A stretch of 64,000 bases of DNA. It comes from Takakia lepidozioides (lineage: Eukaryota; Plantae; Bryophyta). The position numbers and the translations under genes were made by a program. The notes beneath the pieces were generated by a model. It was given only the letters and a program-made list of their open reading frames with translations. It had not been told where the DNA came from and made no database searches. Shown here one piece after another: positions 22,777 through 35,480 of this stretch (position 1 is the stretch's first letter; the number at the start of each line of letters is the position of its first letter). The DNA lies in NCBI GenBank assembly GCA_030704615.1, contig CM060734.1, positions 48,112,001 through 48,176,000 on the forward strand, read 5' to 3'.

Positions 22777-23880
22777 TGCCCAATCACATCTCCTCTACGC
22801 TGATGATGTTGCCCTTTTGGCACAATCCCCGGTCTTTCTGCAACGCCATCTCTAAATTTTGGAACAGTTCTGCAAAGACTATGGGATGCAAGTCAATCTT
22901 AGCAAGACCAAGATCATGGTCTTCAATGGCCAGGCTGATCGTAGATTCATCTTCAACCAGCAGGAAATTGAGATTGTCAAATCATACCGGTACCTAGGTC
23001 TGGTTATCCACTCCCCCAAGTTTCACTTTGCAGCCACTGCCTTGGACAGATTGACTAAAGGTAAGGCGGCCTCCGTCCGCCTTCACGCCAAATGCAAGCA
23101 AATACATGTGCGGCATCCCCCGACCAAAAAGTGTCTGTTTGACACCGTCGTCAGCCCTGCTACCATCTATGGTTGTGAGTTCTGGGCACCTGGTGTCCCT
23201 GTCTCCTGGTGGGAAAAGATTTTGGAACCATTACAGTCATCTTTTCTCCAAGCAATGCTTGGCGCCAGGAGCACAACTCCCTCTCAGATCCTAGGTGCAG
23301 AGTTCGCATGTGTACCATTGCAATCCGAGGCACAGTTCAGGCTTACAATCTGTGAGGAATAGATTGCAGGCCCTTCCACCCAAAGGGCTAGTGGCAAGGG
23401 CCCTCACAACAAAGCTGCAGGTTTCGGGAACTCCTGGTATGCTCGAGTGGACAGTTTATTTCAACGTAACGGACTTTCTACTACTTTCCTATTACCAATG
23501 AACCCAGATGAGGTGGACATCACATCCACACATGACCGCAACAGACTTCGAGAGAGCTTATGGAATTACATGTGAAGAGAACTTGGATGCTACCCAATCT
23601 CACAACAAAGCTCCACTTCTATCGAGAGACATTCTTGGTGCTCCGCGATGATAGAATCTTGAGACCAAATTACCTTTCAGCACCCTTAGCTCCTTCCCTC
23701 CTGAGGGCATTGGGGCAGTTCAGGGTGGGTTCCCACAACCTACGGATAGAGACTGGCAGATGGGAAAACTTGCAACGGGAGGACCGCCTATGTCCAGCTT
23801 GCATAGGGCGCAGCAAGGAAATTGAAACTGAAGAACACTTCTTCTTCTACTGCCCTCTATACTACGAGATCCGATTGAAC
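22777..23880 (+). mobile_element. Second 5'-truncated non-LTR retrotransposon, different family (RTE-X-like)
   Basis: LLYADDVALL...VNLSKTKIMVF...YRYLGL...IYGCEFW...FRVGSHNLRIETGRW...RLCPAC...ETEEHFFFYCPLY. Confidence 0.9.
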
Positions 23881-23964
23881 AACTTTATGGATATGTGCAT
23901 CCCAGTTTCAGTTTCAGGAGAACTCAACGCCCATAGAACATGAACAGAAGTAGGGGTAGAACTC

Positions 23965-24265
23965 ACCTCATGCGCAGCGGGTTTGTGCCGTTTGCGCACC
24001 TTTTGGAGAGACTCTGCAGATGGAGGTGCAATTTCCGCCGAACTGTCCTCCACCTCATCGTCGTCGCCCATGCTATAGTCGCTTGTGTCAAAATCCGAAC
24101 TGGAAGACCGCCCACTGCTCTGCCTTCCCTCTCGCACCGACGCCATCTGTACCAGATTCAGTCGAGCCAGGCGGGGGCTCCTTCGCACCGCGGGGCTGGA
24201 ATGTGCACAAGTGGGAGGAGGTGATGCTGCCTCGGCGGTCGACCGCTTCTTACTAGGCGTGGACA
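23965..24265 (-). other. Low-complexity exon, possibly the 5' exon of the TnpA-like gene
   Basis: MSTPSKKRS...VRRSPRLAR...DDDEVED...KVRKRHKPAAHE followed by a GTGAGT donor. A telo-box-like aaaccctaaa lies at ~24465. Confidence 0.3.
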
Positions 24266-24953
24266 TAGACCATGACAAAGATGAAGACGAGCGAGGACAT
24301 AGACCATGAGGAAGACCAAGACATGCAAAGGAGGAAAGAAGGACAAGGAGGGGAGTGTGATCACACACCCCCCGAGCTCAAGGTGAAGATCCGGCCGTTG
24401 TTGATTTCAAATATGAACACGTGTCGTGCATCCGACACTATGGCCTTTTCGACTTTGAGACGTTAAACCCTAAACCACTTACAGTCCTCCAGACAACTAG
24501 ATGTAGTGATTCACACAACTGACATTTGGTTGGCCTGTTATGCAGGCTTGTTCTGTAATCTCCAGTGGACATCATACAGTTTCTTTGTTTCTTTCATTTT
24601 TTGTAATGCTTGAACAGTTCATATCCTCAATGTCTTATTGCAGTCCAGGCTTCAAGCAAATGAGAGGTAGTCCTGGTAGGATGGTCAATGTCCTTAAAAG
24701 CGGCCTTGTCTATTATCCATCCAAAAACTAAAGGTCTCATCTATCATGGTTAATATATGCTTGGATAAGAAAATGACTCGGTATGTCTTCTTTTTCACAA
24801 TCACGGGGAGGGTTACCTCGTTATTTGTTTGTTGTTCTACTCCTTGTGGCCCTTTAGGAATCCCACAGACGTGATACACATATCTCTTTCCTCACTTTCG
24901 GTCCTTCACTGACTACCAGAAATGTCACACCGTATGTCTGCATCTGAAACTTT

Positions 24954-25545
24954 TCACCTTTGAGACAACATTGCAGCACGCTCTGCTAGCTTCACATTGT
25001 TTTGCAGGCACCAAGTAAAGCCCCACACTAAAGCATCTGGTTTAATTGGCATTCTGTTGATGAAATTCTCCGCCTCATCCAAGCGCCCTGCACGGCCAAG
25101 AAGGTCAACCATGCAGCCAAAATGTTTTCCTGTTGGAATGATTCTATTATCACACACAGCAGATTGATGCTTGTGTGAAGGGTTTTCTAGAGGATATCTG
25201 GAAAACCCGGATTAATTCCTTATATGATGGTAAGTCTTACTACCACCGTCAGCCCCTGACGGAGGTAGGTTCTGTTCTTTTGTTCCCGCTCAAACTGGGC
25301 GCAGGGTCAATGGCCACAAGGCTACGGCATACAACGTCTTATGAGTACAATCTATAATCTCTACTCATAGAATGGAAATAGTGTTGTCCTTCATCTACTA
25401 GGCCCATATGGCTGCATGCAGACAGAACTGCAATGAGTGTAACATCATTTGGCTTCACCCCTTGCTGTTTCAAAACTTGGTTGAAAAGTTGCAGAGCATC
25501 TTTGCCATGCCCTTGCTGAGAATATCCGAAGACCTGCTTGCCCTC
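24954..25545 (-). pseudogene. PPR (E-subclass) fragment interrupted by a short LINE insertion
   Basis: QGVKPNDVTLIAVLSACSHMGLVDEGQHYFHSM, then the insertion, then HFGCMVDLLGRAGRLDEAENFINRMPIKPDALVW. Confidence 0.9.
25150..25348 (+). mobile_element. ~200 bp 3' end of the same LINE family as 21600-22757
   Basis: 25150-25245 matches the reverse complement of ~21625-21720. Flanked by the imperfect direct repeat attctattatc / aatctataatc (putative TSD). Confidence 0.8.
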
Positions 25546-26086
25546 TTCTACAGCTGGGCACAGGGAGTGTCGTTGAGGCTGAAAAGGGGAAATTTGACCA
25601 GGTCATATCCGTTTGTGTTACTTCGAAGGTGTGGGCCAGCCTGCCAGAAGGTCAAAACAGGTGCATGCTGACATATGAAAGTCTGGCGTCGTGGAGATTG
25701 TTGGCTGTGAGGTGGGGATGGGGTTATCATCTTTCCTGGTAAATGAAGATATGATTGACATATCTCCTCTCCCATAAACTGTCACATTTCCTATAGGAAG
25801 TTCTTGTGACGCCCTTGACATGCTGTTGATGTGAATGAAAGCAGGCTGCAGTAGCAACAATGGAGAATTCAGGGTGTTTGGATTGGGGCAGAGCATACCA
25901 TGGAAGAGAACAAGGGGCCCAATAGTTCGTGCAGTTGGGGGAGTTGATGTATGTACTTCCCCACACGGCCTTTGCCTCTCTTCACCATCTGTACCGAAGG
26001 TGCATAGATGGAACAAATCTCCAGTCTTTTGGTGTGCTCTTGTAATTCTGATATGCCCATAGACCCACTTCTCTCTCCTGTCTGTC

Positions 26087-29000
26087 TTGAGTTCCCCAAC
26101 AAAAATGAGTTCCCCTCGCCCATGCGGAGGACTTCCAATTAATCACCCCTGTAGACAGAACAACCGGGATGACAGGTTGTGGGAAAGAGAAGTGGCACGT
26201 GCCCGAGCCCTTGGGCTTTCAAGGATGCCATGCCCATGTGAACGTTGTTTGGGCACTACAAGTAGATCTGAGGACGGTGTGCGCACACATCTCCTTCACC
26301 ACAAAAGACATGAAGCATTTCGGGTGTGGATTGGAGATGGACCTGCAGACGAAGACGATGAGGAGTGGGCACAATTGGACAATGCACACCCCCGAGGGAG
26401 CCATACAGACAGGCCAGACGAGGACTATGTCATGGGCGCAGGACAGGAACCAGGCATGGACGGAGGGGTGGAGATTACTCGAATGTTGCAGGAAGCATTC
26501 CACATCATGGACGATGCTGAAGAGGGGGACGGCGCTGCGACAACTGGGGATGGTGATGACGCAGGAAATGAAGGCATTCACGTGGGGGAAGGCGTGGAAG
26601 GAGGTGGAGATGGAAATGAGAATTCTGCACACATGACACTAGAAGAAGCATGTGTGCCACTGTACGAGGGATGCAAATCCACAAAGCTTGCTGCTTGTTG
26701 ATGAACCTGTGCACAACCCACGGTGTGTCAGACCATTTTGTGGACGAGTTGTTCTCTTTGCTTCGGCTGAACTTGCTTCCACAACCAAATGAAATGCCAA
26801 AAAGCTGTCACATGGCCAACAAAATGATTGGGAAGCTCGGCCTCAACTACGTGAAAATACATGCATGTCCAAAAGGACATGTACTTTTCAGAAGAGAGTA
26901 CAAGGACGCTATGGAGTGCCCCAAATGCGGTGCAGCCCGATACCATGATGTGGGCAGGTTACAACAGCCAGCCAAGGTGTTGAGGCACTTTCCCCTTATC
27001 CCCCGTCTATTACGAATGTACAAATGCAAGACCATTAGTGAGCTCATGACTTGGCATTCCAGGAATGCCTCAAACGATGGTTTGGTAAGGCATGTCCCAG
27101 ATTCCCTTGCATGGAAGCATATAGATGCAACTTGGCCCGATTTCGCCGAGGACCCACGCAATGTGCGATTGGCTGTATCTACGGATGGAGTAAACCCATA
27201 CGGATCAAAGAGTTGCACATGGTCCACATGGCCCGTGCAGTTGGTGGCATACAACCTGCCACCATGGTTGACAACAAAGAAATTCTTTGTCATGTTGTCT
27301 CTCTTGATTCCAGGCAAGGAGTCCGTGACAAATGCAAACATAGATGTGTATTTGCAACCATTGATTGAAGAGCTACAGGAACTATGGATTGGAGTTGAAG
27401 CTTACGACATTTTGAAACCAGTAGGGCAACGGAGTTTCACCCTCCGTGCCATACTCATGTGGTCAATCCACGATTTCCCCGCATATGGCCTTGTTGCGGG
27501 TTGCAAGACGAAGGGCTACAAAGGGTGCCCCATTTGTGGGCCCTATGTGGATTCACGGCACTCAAAGCCATTAGGGAAGACAATATACATGGGGCATCGA
27601 CGTTACCTTGCAAGAAACCACCCCTACCGACGAGCAGGCCGACACTTCAATGGATGTGTTGAAAAGAGAATGGCACCAAATGCTGTGACACCGGAGGAGA
27701 CATTGCAATTTGCAAAGGAGAAAGAGGCGTTCATGGAGATTGGAGGGAGAGAAGGAAGTAGTGCGGATCCAGCCATGTCGCACGGGGTGAAGCGCCGGAC
27801 AATCCTTTGGGATTTGCCATACTGGAAGGTGCATGAATCCCCCCCCCCCATTCACTCACTTTCTTTCACATTGTGCTTCCTGGAATTACCTTTACTGTCA
27901 GGAGTCCTTCCACCAACTCCTAAGTCAGTGTAACTACTATGCAGTAGATGTTGAAGTCGTACACCTCACTGTGTAGAGGATCGTGCAGTTGTTGAAAGCA
28001 GAATGTAGTAACATGGACAACTTCTGCCACATATTCTACTATTTTTGCCCATAGAACTTGGTCTCATGGGAGGACATTTGGCATTTCAGAACCTCTTGCA
28101 GCGGTACCTCCTGGACCCCATGCATTGTGAGAAGAACTTCTGCGAGAACATTCTGAAGACTATCTTTGGGGAGAAGGATACGATAAACGTACGAAAGGAC
28201 ATGGAGATTGAAGGGATACGGTCACATCTGTGGCTAAGGCCTGATCCAAATAGACCAGGCAAAGTGCTCATGCCAGCAGCATCATACGTCCTGACCAAAT
28301 CAGAGCAAGAGGAATTTTTGAAGACATTGGGAGCCATGAAAGTGCCAACCGGATTCTCGGGTGCTTTCCAAAAGCATGCCATAAACAAGAAATGGTCGGG
28401 GATGAAGTCACATGATCTACACGTGATGATGCAGCAGATTTTGCCAGTGTGCATTCGGGGTACGATGGCGTCGGGTCCTCGAACAGCCATAATGCGTGTA
28501 AGTCGAGTGTTTAGGAAGATTTGTGCGAAGGTGTGGGATCCGAGGGACATTACATCGCTGCATGAGGATGTGGCTGTGACCCTATGTTTGCTGGAGAAAG
28601 AATTCCCTCCATCATTCTTTGACGTCATGACGCACTTGCTAGTGCATCTTGTAGAGGAGCTGCATGTGTGTGGGCCCGTAGCCAGCCGTTGGATGTACCC
28701 CATGGAGAGGTACATGAAGGATCTGAAGGGGTATGTACGCAACATGGCACGGCCAGAGGGGAGTATGGCGGAGGGCTACATCCGCGACGAAGCCCTGGGC
28801 TTCATGACAAGTATATGTCTTCATTTGATGCAATACAACGACGGGTGTGGGACGAGAACGAGGAAGAAGGAGTTGTAGGCGAGGTCCTAGAAGGTGGTGG
28901 AACAAAGCGTGCCATGAGCCCGCGCCTTCGGGATGTGGCACATGATTATGTGCTGAACAACACAACAACCATGACACCATGGAGACAGTGGGTGTAAACT

Positions 29001-30170
29001 TTACATCCCTCCTGTGCTATTCTTAATGGTCTTTGTATGCATGAATTACATATATATTGTCACAAGTCATTCCGGCCACTATGGGAGTGGGATCGTGTAC
29101 TAACAGGGTGCTTCAGACGACAACAGAGGTGTTTCGTAGTTGGTGTTGTTGCTTGCAAGTGATCATGAAGTAGGCTGCATCACTACAATGTGCTTGAAAG
29201 GACACACTCTACATGTGGCATGCATGTACAGTACGGTGTTGGTCAGGGGGACTGAGTTGCAGCTTCTATTTGGTTTCTGCCAGAAAATACGCAGCGGAGA
29301 AGGTCCGCCTGAAAACGGAACGGAGAGCATTTGCAAAAGCATGGCGGAGGGGCGGTCGTAGGCGCAGATCCCCGGTGGAGTACCCGACAACAATGGAGGA
29401 GCTGCCAGCCCTTTACAGTGTGGGTCAGATCTGCAATTGCAGTGTACGCATCAGAGAACGAGGACCCAGATGAGGGCATGGTGAGTCTGTCATTCCCCCC
29501 AGGGCTGATTGCCACTTCGTACCGGTCAATGAAAGCATATGGCAATCACTATAGAGTGGACGATGCCAACACCAGCCTCCTGGTGACTTATGACAGCGGA
29601 GTGGCATCATTTTTTGAACAAGAGAGTAGGAGCTGTGCACGAGATCGGAATCCAATTTCATGCCATGTGCAATATGTAGGAGTGATCAAAGAGATCCTTA
29701 AACTAGACTATGGTCTTGTGAAGCCAATTCTATTCCGTTGTTCTTGGGTAAAAGCCAATATGGTAGGAGAGAATGCCACCATGAAACGGGATGAGTACGG
29801 GTTCCTCCTTGCTGATTTCAGAAAAATGCTACCACAAGATGAAGAGCCATTCATCTTCCCATCGCAAGTTGAGCAAGTTTTCTTTTCAGATGACATCCAT
29901 GCGCCGGGATGGAAGGTGGTTCTTCACAAGGACCCCCGGGCCAAACGAGTCGTTGCCGACGTCCATGATCTGGACCTAGGGGAGAATGCCGACCACGAGG
30001 GTCTGAGGGAACCACGAAATCTACCAAATACGGCCGAACCAGTCTCTTTGGAAGGAGCAGTTACCTTTAATGAGGAAGACATTCCAGGGTTGGTAATTAC
30101 CGCCAGGCAAATTGTAGATGTGGGTAGTGAAGGGGAAGATTATTTGGATACGGATAGTGAGCCCAGCTGA
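26087..30170 (+). mobile_element. CACTA TnpD/Tnp2 transposase gene (Transposase_21-, DUF4218- and DUF4216-like regions), frameshifted
   Basis: CPCERC, IHACPKGHVLF, DSLAWKHID, STDGVNPY, YNLPPW, DFPAYG, LDPMHCEKN, MKSHDLH, FFDVMTHLLVHL, WMYPMERYM, EPFIFPSQVEQVFF. Intron 27829-28089; frameshifts at ~26690 and ~28810. Confidence 0.95.
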
Positions 30171-31689
30171 ATCTCAGTGTCCATTAAGCCGGAAGCTCAT
30201 AGACGAGAGCTATGCTAAGGACTCTTACTGTCCTTAGAACCCATTTTGTACAGTCCTGCTTATAAGCAAGGGCGAGACAGTTAATAGTATCGATAATGTA
30301 TGGGTATGTGGTCACTGACTGTCTTGTGAACAAACCTTTTTTTGTTCTGCCCATATTGTTTCTGACATGTGAGGAGAGGATCGTCTTCATGTACGGGAAG
30401 TAGACATGAATGCGTGCATGCATTTTCTGGCCCATCTGCATGCTTTCCAGGAACAAAGACCAGTGGAATGGGGGGTGTCTCCAAAGGAGCAGGACCGAAC
30501 GACACCTTTGTGTGCTTCCCTTGCTTTCCTTCTCACCGTTGTTCCATTCTCCCACCTGCCCAATAGCAGCACTCTCGAAGCAATAGCATGACATATGTTT
30601 GCACATGGTCTTCTTCACCAGTGAATGAGCTTTTATGCTACATGTACTGCCCCGTCCACATTAACGTTGATCCCTGCAAGCGCTTGGCAAGACACCCCAG
30701 AGCCGCAAATCCAGCAACCACCACAAACACATCTAACTGATTGTAGTGACACGGGAATAGCTCAATTGTAGAGGAATTGAACCTCCAGCCAAATGAATGG
30801 CTCTGCCCCTTGTAGCACAAGTGCGATGCAAAAACAAGGTGAGTACAAAATGAAGAAGCACTTACGAGGTCCCCATCCCTGGGATGGGCTCCCACTTCTG
30901 CTCTGGAACTGTGCATGCCTGAGTAGCACCAAAATGCATGAATCCTAAGCCTGAATGTCAAATGCAGGTTTATGTCGCGATGTAGCACGCCATCATCTAA
31001 CCTGTAGTTTCCAGTTTCACTGGTGTCACATTTGCCTTCAAGTCAACATCAAAATTAAGTCCACCTATGCGCAAATCGCAGAATCTCTCATGACACCATC
31101 TGCGTACCGAAAAACTGGTTTGGCATGATATAATTGTAGTTCACAACCTTAATGAACGCTTTCTGCCTTTACCTCTCCGTGCGCTCCATCGTGCCTCCAT
31201 CCAGCACATTCTGTAAATGTTGAATGACCAAGAACCCGATGTCACACCGTTCTGAGAAGCCACTACGCGCGCTCACAGTATACGAAGGCCTTGCCGTGTC
31301 AGGATTTGCATTCCCACGTCCCGCCATGTCCGACGCAGCACTTGCATCCTTGCCAGACAGGCCAGGTGGAGGCAGCATGTATTAAAATATCTATTCCCCC
31401 AAGGCCACATTTTGTTTACCTCTTTTTGTGAAAGCCAGCAAATGTGCTGCCGAGTCATGGGTGCAATGAATGCGCAGTGGTTCATGGAGTCGTTGAGTCG
31501 ACTACATATTCACTTTAATGAATAAATATCTTTATTCCATTAATCGAATTAGGAATGCAAATTTGTAGTCGCATGTGTAGTAATTACAACCACTTGCAAT
31601 TTTGGCTTTTTCAAATTTTGTCTGTTTCGACTCTCCAGTAGTCTCGTTTACTACCAAGTGGTTCCCGGAGTGGTCGCGGACATGCAGTC

Positions 31690-32400
31690 AATTCGAAAAA
31701 GACATGAATGCTTCTAGTGGAGGAACAACCTCAGCGATGAAAGGCGACCCAAATCTGAGAGCAGTGGGATGAAGCTTACTTGTCCAATGTTCCCAGGGCC
31801 CTATTCCATTCCCAACCCAAACATCCTTAACCCCAGAAATGCATGCCCTATCCCAAGAGGCCCAGCGAGTAGAGCAGTTAGCTAGCACAGAGCAATCAAT
31901 GCATATTTCCAAAGAGAGGCTGCCGAAAGGCCTCGTCCCAGGATTTGGGTGGGGTTTGGTATAGGAACTCCCTTAATAGTGTCCAAGCTTTCCATACAAC
32001 TTGCCAGGCTAAAGATCCCTGGCACACCCGGACGTTCTTGGAACCCCCCTGAACCAGCCAATGAAATTTGGGCAACCAAGATGGACTAGAGGATGGAGTT
32101 GAGGATTGAATGTTCAGCCAAAACAAATACTTCCAACGGCCTGCTGAAGGCAAGAATGCCCGTGGGATCCATTTACCAAGAAGAGCGGTAATCTCACTTT
32201 CCAGGTCCAAAATCCCAAGCCCCCCCTAATTCTTCTTGCTCGTCTAGCCAACGAAGTATCAGAAGCACCCCATAGGAAATTTCGAATCATTGCTTTAATA
32301 GCACGCAAGATGAAAGGATCAGGATCCTAGACCGAGGCTACAAACCAAATGGCTGCAGAAAGGACTTGGTTAGCAACCAAAGCTCTGCCCACAATGGAGA
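31690..32400 (-). mobile_element. L1-type LINE fragment (region after the RT domain)
   Basis: AIKAMIRNFLWGA...RGGLG, then LDLESEITALLGKWIPR...WKAW...QPLFGN. Confidence 0.75.
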
Positions 32401-32439
32401 GCTGAGAGGAACACCAGAAGGTTAATCTGGATTTCAAGG

Positions 32440-33215
32440 TTTTGTAGGATGCAATGATTGCAGTATATGCCCAGAGTGATCATGGAAGGCAAACGGGTGA
32501 GTGGCATCAGCCCCAAACATACCTGGATCATTGGCACTATACAGGTGCTAATGGCCTTGAAGAGCGCACTTTTGACATTGTAACTGAAGGGGTTAAGGCT
32601 ACACCAGCAAAGGTAATTCAGAAAGGCAAGGGGCTGTCTGCAGATTATGGAAATGGAGGGGTGAAGCCCAACCAGGTGACGTTCATGTGCATTTGCAATA
32701 CATATGTGAACTTGACAACCCTGGGGAAAGACAAAGAGGTCCCTACTGATGTCATTGGAGCTGAAGTTGTGCCAAGTATCAGCTTGGGCACTTCCCTCAT
32801 TGACATGTATGCCAAGTGTGGGGGTAACAAGGATGCAAAGCGGGTGTTTGTCAATATGGCTGAATGAGATATGGTGACATCTGATGCAATGATTGCAGGA
32901 TGTGCCCGACATAGTTGTGGAATTCAGGCTCTGGAGATGCATGAGCAATTGATGTGGGAAGGTTTAAAGCCCAACCAAGTCATGTTTGCTTCAGGGCACA
33001 CGTCGGCCCTACAACTCTTGAAAAGGGATGGCAGGTCTATGCTGACATTTATGAAGGCTAGAATTGTACCAAATGTCAATCTGAACAGCGCCCTCATGGA
33101 CATGTATGCCAAACATGGGAGAACCAGAGATGCACGACAAGTGTTTGACAGTATGGTTCAACAAAATGTTGTCTCATGGAACGCCATGATTGCAGGAAAT
33201 GCTCAACCTGGTTGT
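32440..33215 (+). pseudogene. PPR fragment
   Basis: GVKPNQVTFMCICN...SLIDMYAKCGG...ALMDMYAKHGRTRDARQVFDSMVQQNVVSWNAMIAG. Confidence 0.9.
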
Positions 33216-33599
33216 AACGGAACGATAAGCTATGTTGAAGGCCACACCTGTAAGGATGATGAGAGCAAACAGCTCAGGTCTAGGGCTGGGAGACGTGTTC
33301 AAGCTATGACAAGGAAGCCTCATGGAGAAAGAGGGAGCAGTGACCAACTGGTATGCCATGATTGGCCACCAACGATGCAAATGGAATTGGGACCTGCTGT
33401 TGAGGACAACCTGCATGCAAGAAATGGGGCAATACAAAGGAGCAAGTGGTAACTGAGCTGGAGAACAAAGAAAGAAGGGAGTCCATCAGCACCACAACAA
33501 CAGCAATGGTCACGTTGGGATTGATGGGTAGTCCATTCATAAGCAATGTTGGACCAGAAAGGTTGTCATGTTTGTTCAAAGAACGCTGGCCTGAGTGGG

Positions 33600-35480
33600 A
33601 TACAAATCACAAAACCAAATCTGCAGCAGACCTTTTCTATCGATTTGCACTTGACACAGCAGGGCCGTTACCCAAAACTAGAGAAGGAAACCAGTATGCA
33701 ATCATGGCCATCGATCACTTTTCAAAGTGGGTAGAGGCAGCTTCAGTGTGTGACCACACTGCTGCGCTCACAGCACGGTTCTTGGAAGAGCAGATCATAT
33801 ACAGGTATGGGGTACCTAGTGTGGTGTTGACAGATCAGGGATGCGAGTGGCAAAGAGAATTCAAGAAAACATGTCAAAAAATTTGGAATTAGACACGAGA
33901 ATTCAGCGCCCTACTGGCCATAGTGCAATGGCATGGTGGAGCGATTAATAAAATCATTGAAGCAAAGCATAGTTACCTTGGGAGGAGAGACAGGGAATGA
34001 TTGGGATCGCAATGTGTACAAGGTTGTTTTCGGGTATAGAATCAGTGTGCATGCATCAACGAATGTTTCACCCTTCAAGGTCCTCATAAGCAGGGACATG
34101 CGAATGAGCGTGGACAATGAAATTGGGACGATCACCGAGATAGTGGAACTGAACGATGATGAAGCCTCGGGGGTGCACCCCAGCCAACCTGTACCAGCCA
34201 CGTGCGTGCACAGGAGGGGTATTTTTAAGCCCCCTATGTACAGCATAATACATACATAGGGGGGATAAGAAACACCTTAAATATAAGTCTACAGGGTTAG
34301 CATGATTAGGAGGGTAGCGTAGTGGTAAGGGTCACCATTGTCATGGCTCTCATCGTAGGTTCAAATTTCATGGTGTCTTGAATTTTTCGAAAACTTTGAA
34401 ACTATGTATATATCACAAGGCAGATTTGAGCTCGAGACCACTTGCACACCACAACCAATTCCATACCACTAGGCTAATCCACGATTTTTGAAACAGTTAC
34501 AATGTTAAACAGTAATATACAATAAAGACAATGTTTTGTTTTGTATCATTGTTGAGATCTCCCCAACCGCGGGGCCCCAGCCCTGGTGTTTGGTACCATT
34601 GGAAAGCCCTCGATGAGGAGGGGTGCACTGGCTTGGTCTCATAATTTTGGAACTTGCGGTGTGGGAGATATGAAATTTCAAGTACTTTTGGTCGTTGGAA
34701 ACTCGCGAAAAATAACAAAATGGGCTTTCTTGCAACAATTACTGGCCCTTTATTTATCCTTTGTACACGGGACATAAATGTAAATAATTGGGTTTTTATT
34801 TCAAATATGGCATGAACACAATATTGTTTGTAGGGTCCTTGAGATCTCCCAAACCGCAGGGCCTCTAGCTACGATTTTGGTACCGTTGGAAAGCCCTCAA
34901 TGAGTAGGGATGCACCGACTTGGTTTCATAAAATTTGGACCTACATAGTAGTACAGGCCGATGTATGTTTTTAAATGAATAAACTTGATATTAAAAAAAA
35001 TACATATACATATTTGAGGATATTTTTTAATTATTCGAAAAAGAAATATACATACAGTAGGGGGTATTTTTTTTAAATTACAAATTTCTATATATTTACA
35101 GGAGGGGGTTTTATAATCGTCAAAATGTATGTACAGAGGGGGTATAAATGATCCAAGGACCCGTATACAAGGGTTTTTTTTATTAGGCGGCGAACGCACG
35201 TGATGGACATTTTATAAAGAGTGCACATCCCAGGTTATGAAGCAACCATATCTGACATGATACAGAAGAAGGTAGCAGCTATTAGGGCGATCGAGGTAAG
35301 ACTCCGCGGCAACGTGAAAGAGGCACAGGCCCAACAGCAAAGGGACTACAATGCCTGCCACAAGCACAATGATGAGCACCAGCACCTGGAGAATGAGAGC
35401 CTCGTAATGATGTTGAAGCCCGGTGCGAAGAGAAAGATGTAGGATCCCTGGGAGGGACCCTACCTTAGGGTGGAATATAA
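33600..35480 (+). mobile_element. Ty3/gypsy integrase remnant split by a ~1 kb insertion
   Basis: FALDTAGPLP...AIDHFSKWVEA...RYGVPSVVLTDQG...NGMVER...YRISVHASTNVSPF. Resumes at ~35225 with NVKEAQAQQQRDYN...PWEGPY (GPY/F motif). Confidence 0.9.
34185..35228. mobile_element. Non-autonomous AT-rich insertion with imperfect inverted ends
   Basis: Interrupts the integrase frame. cacgtgcgt (34199) / acgcacgtg (35194) and cccc..tgtaca motifs are inverted. Internal direct repeat ttgagatctccc...ttggtacc(a/g)ttggaaagccctc at ~34550 and ~34840. Possible cccag TSD. Confidence 0.6.
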
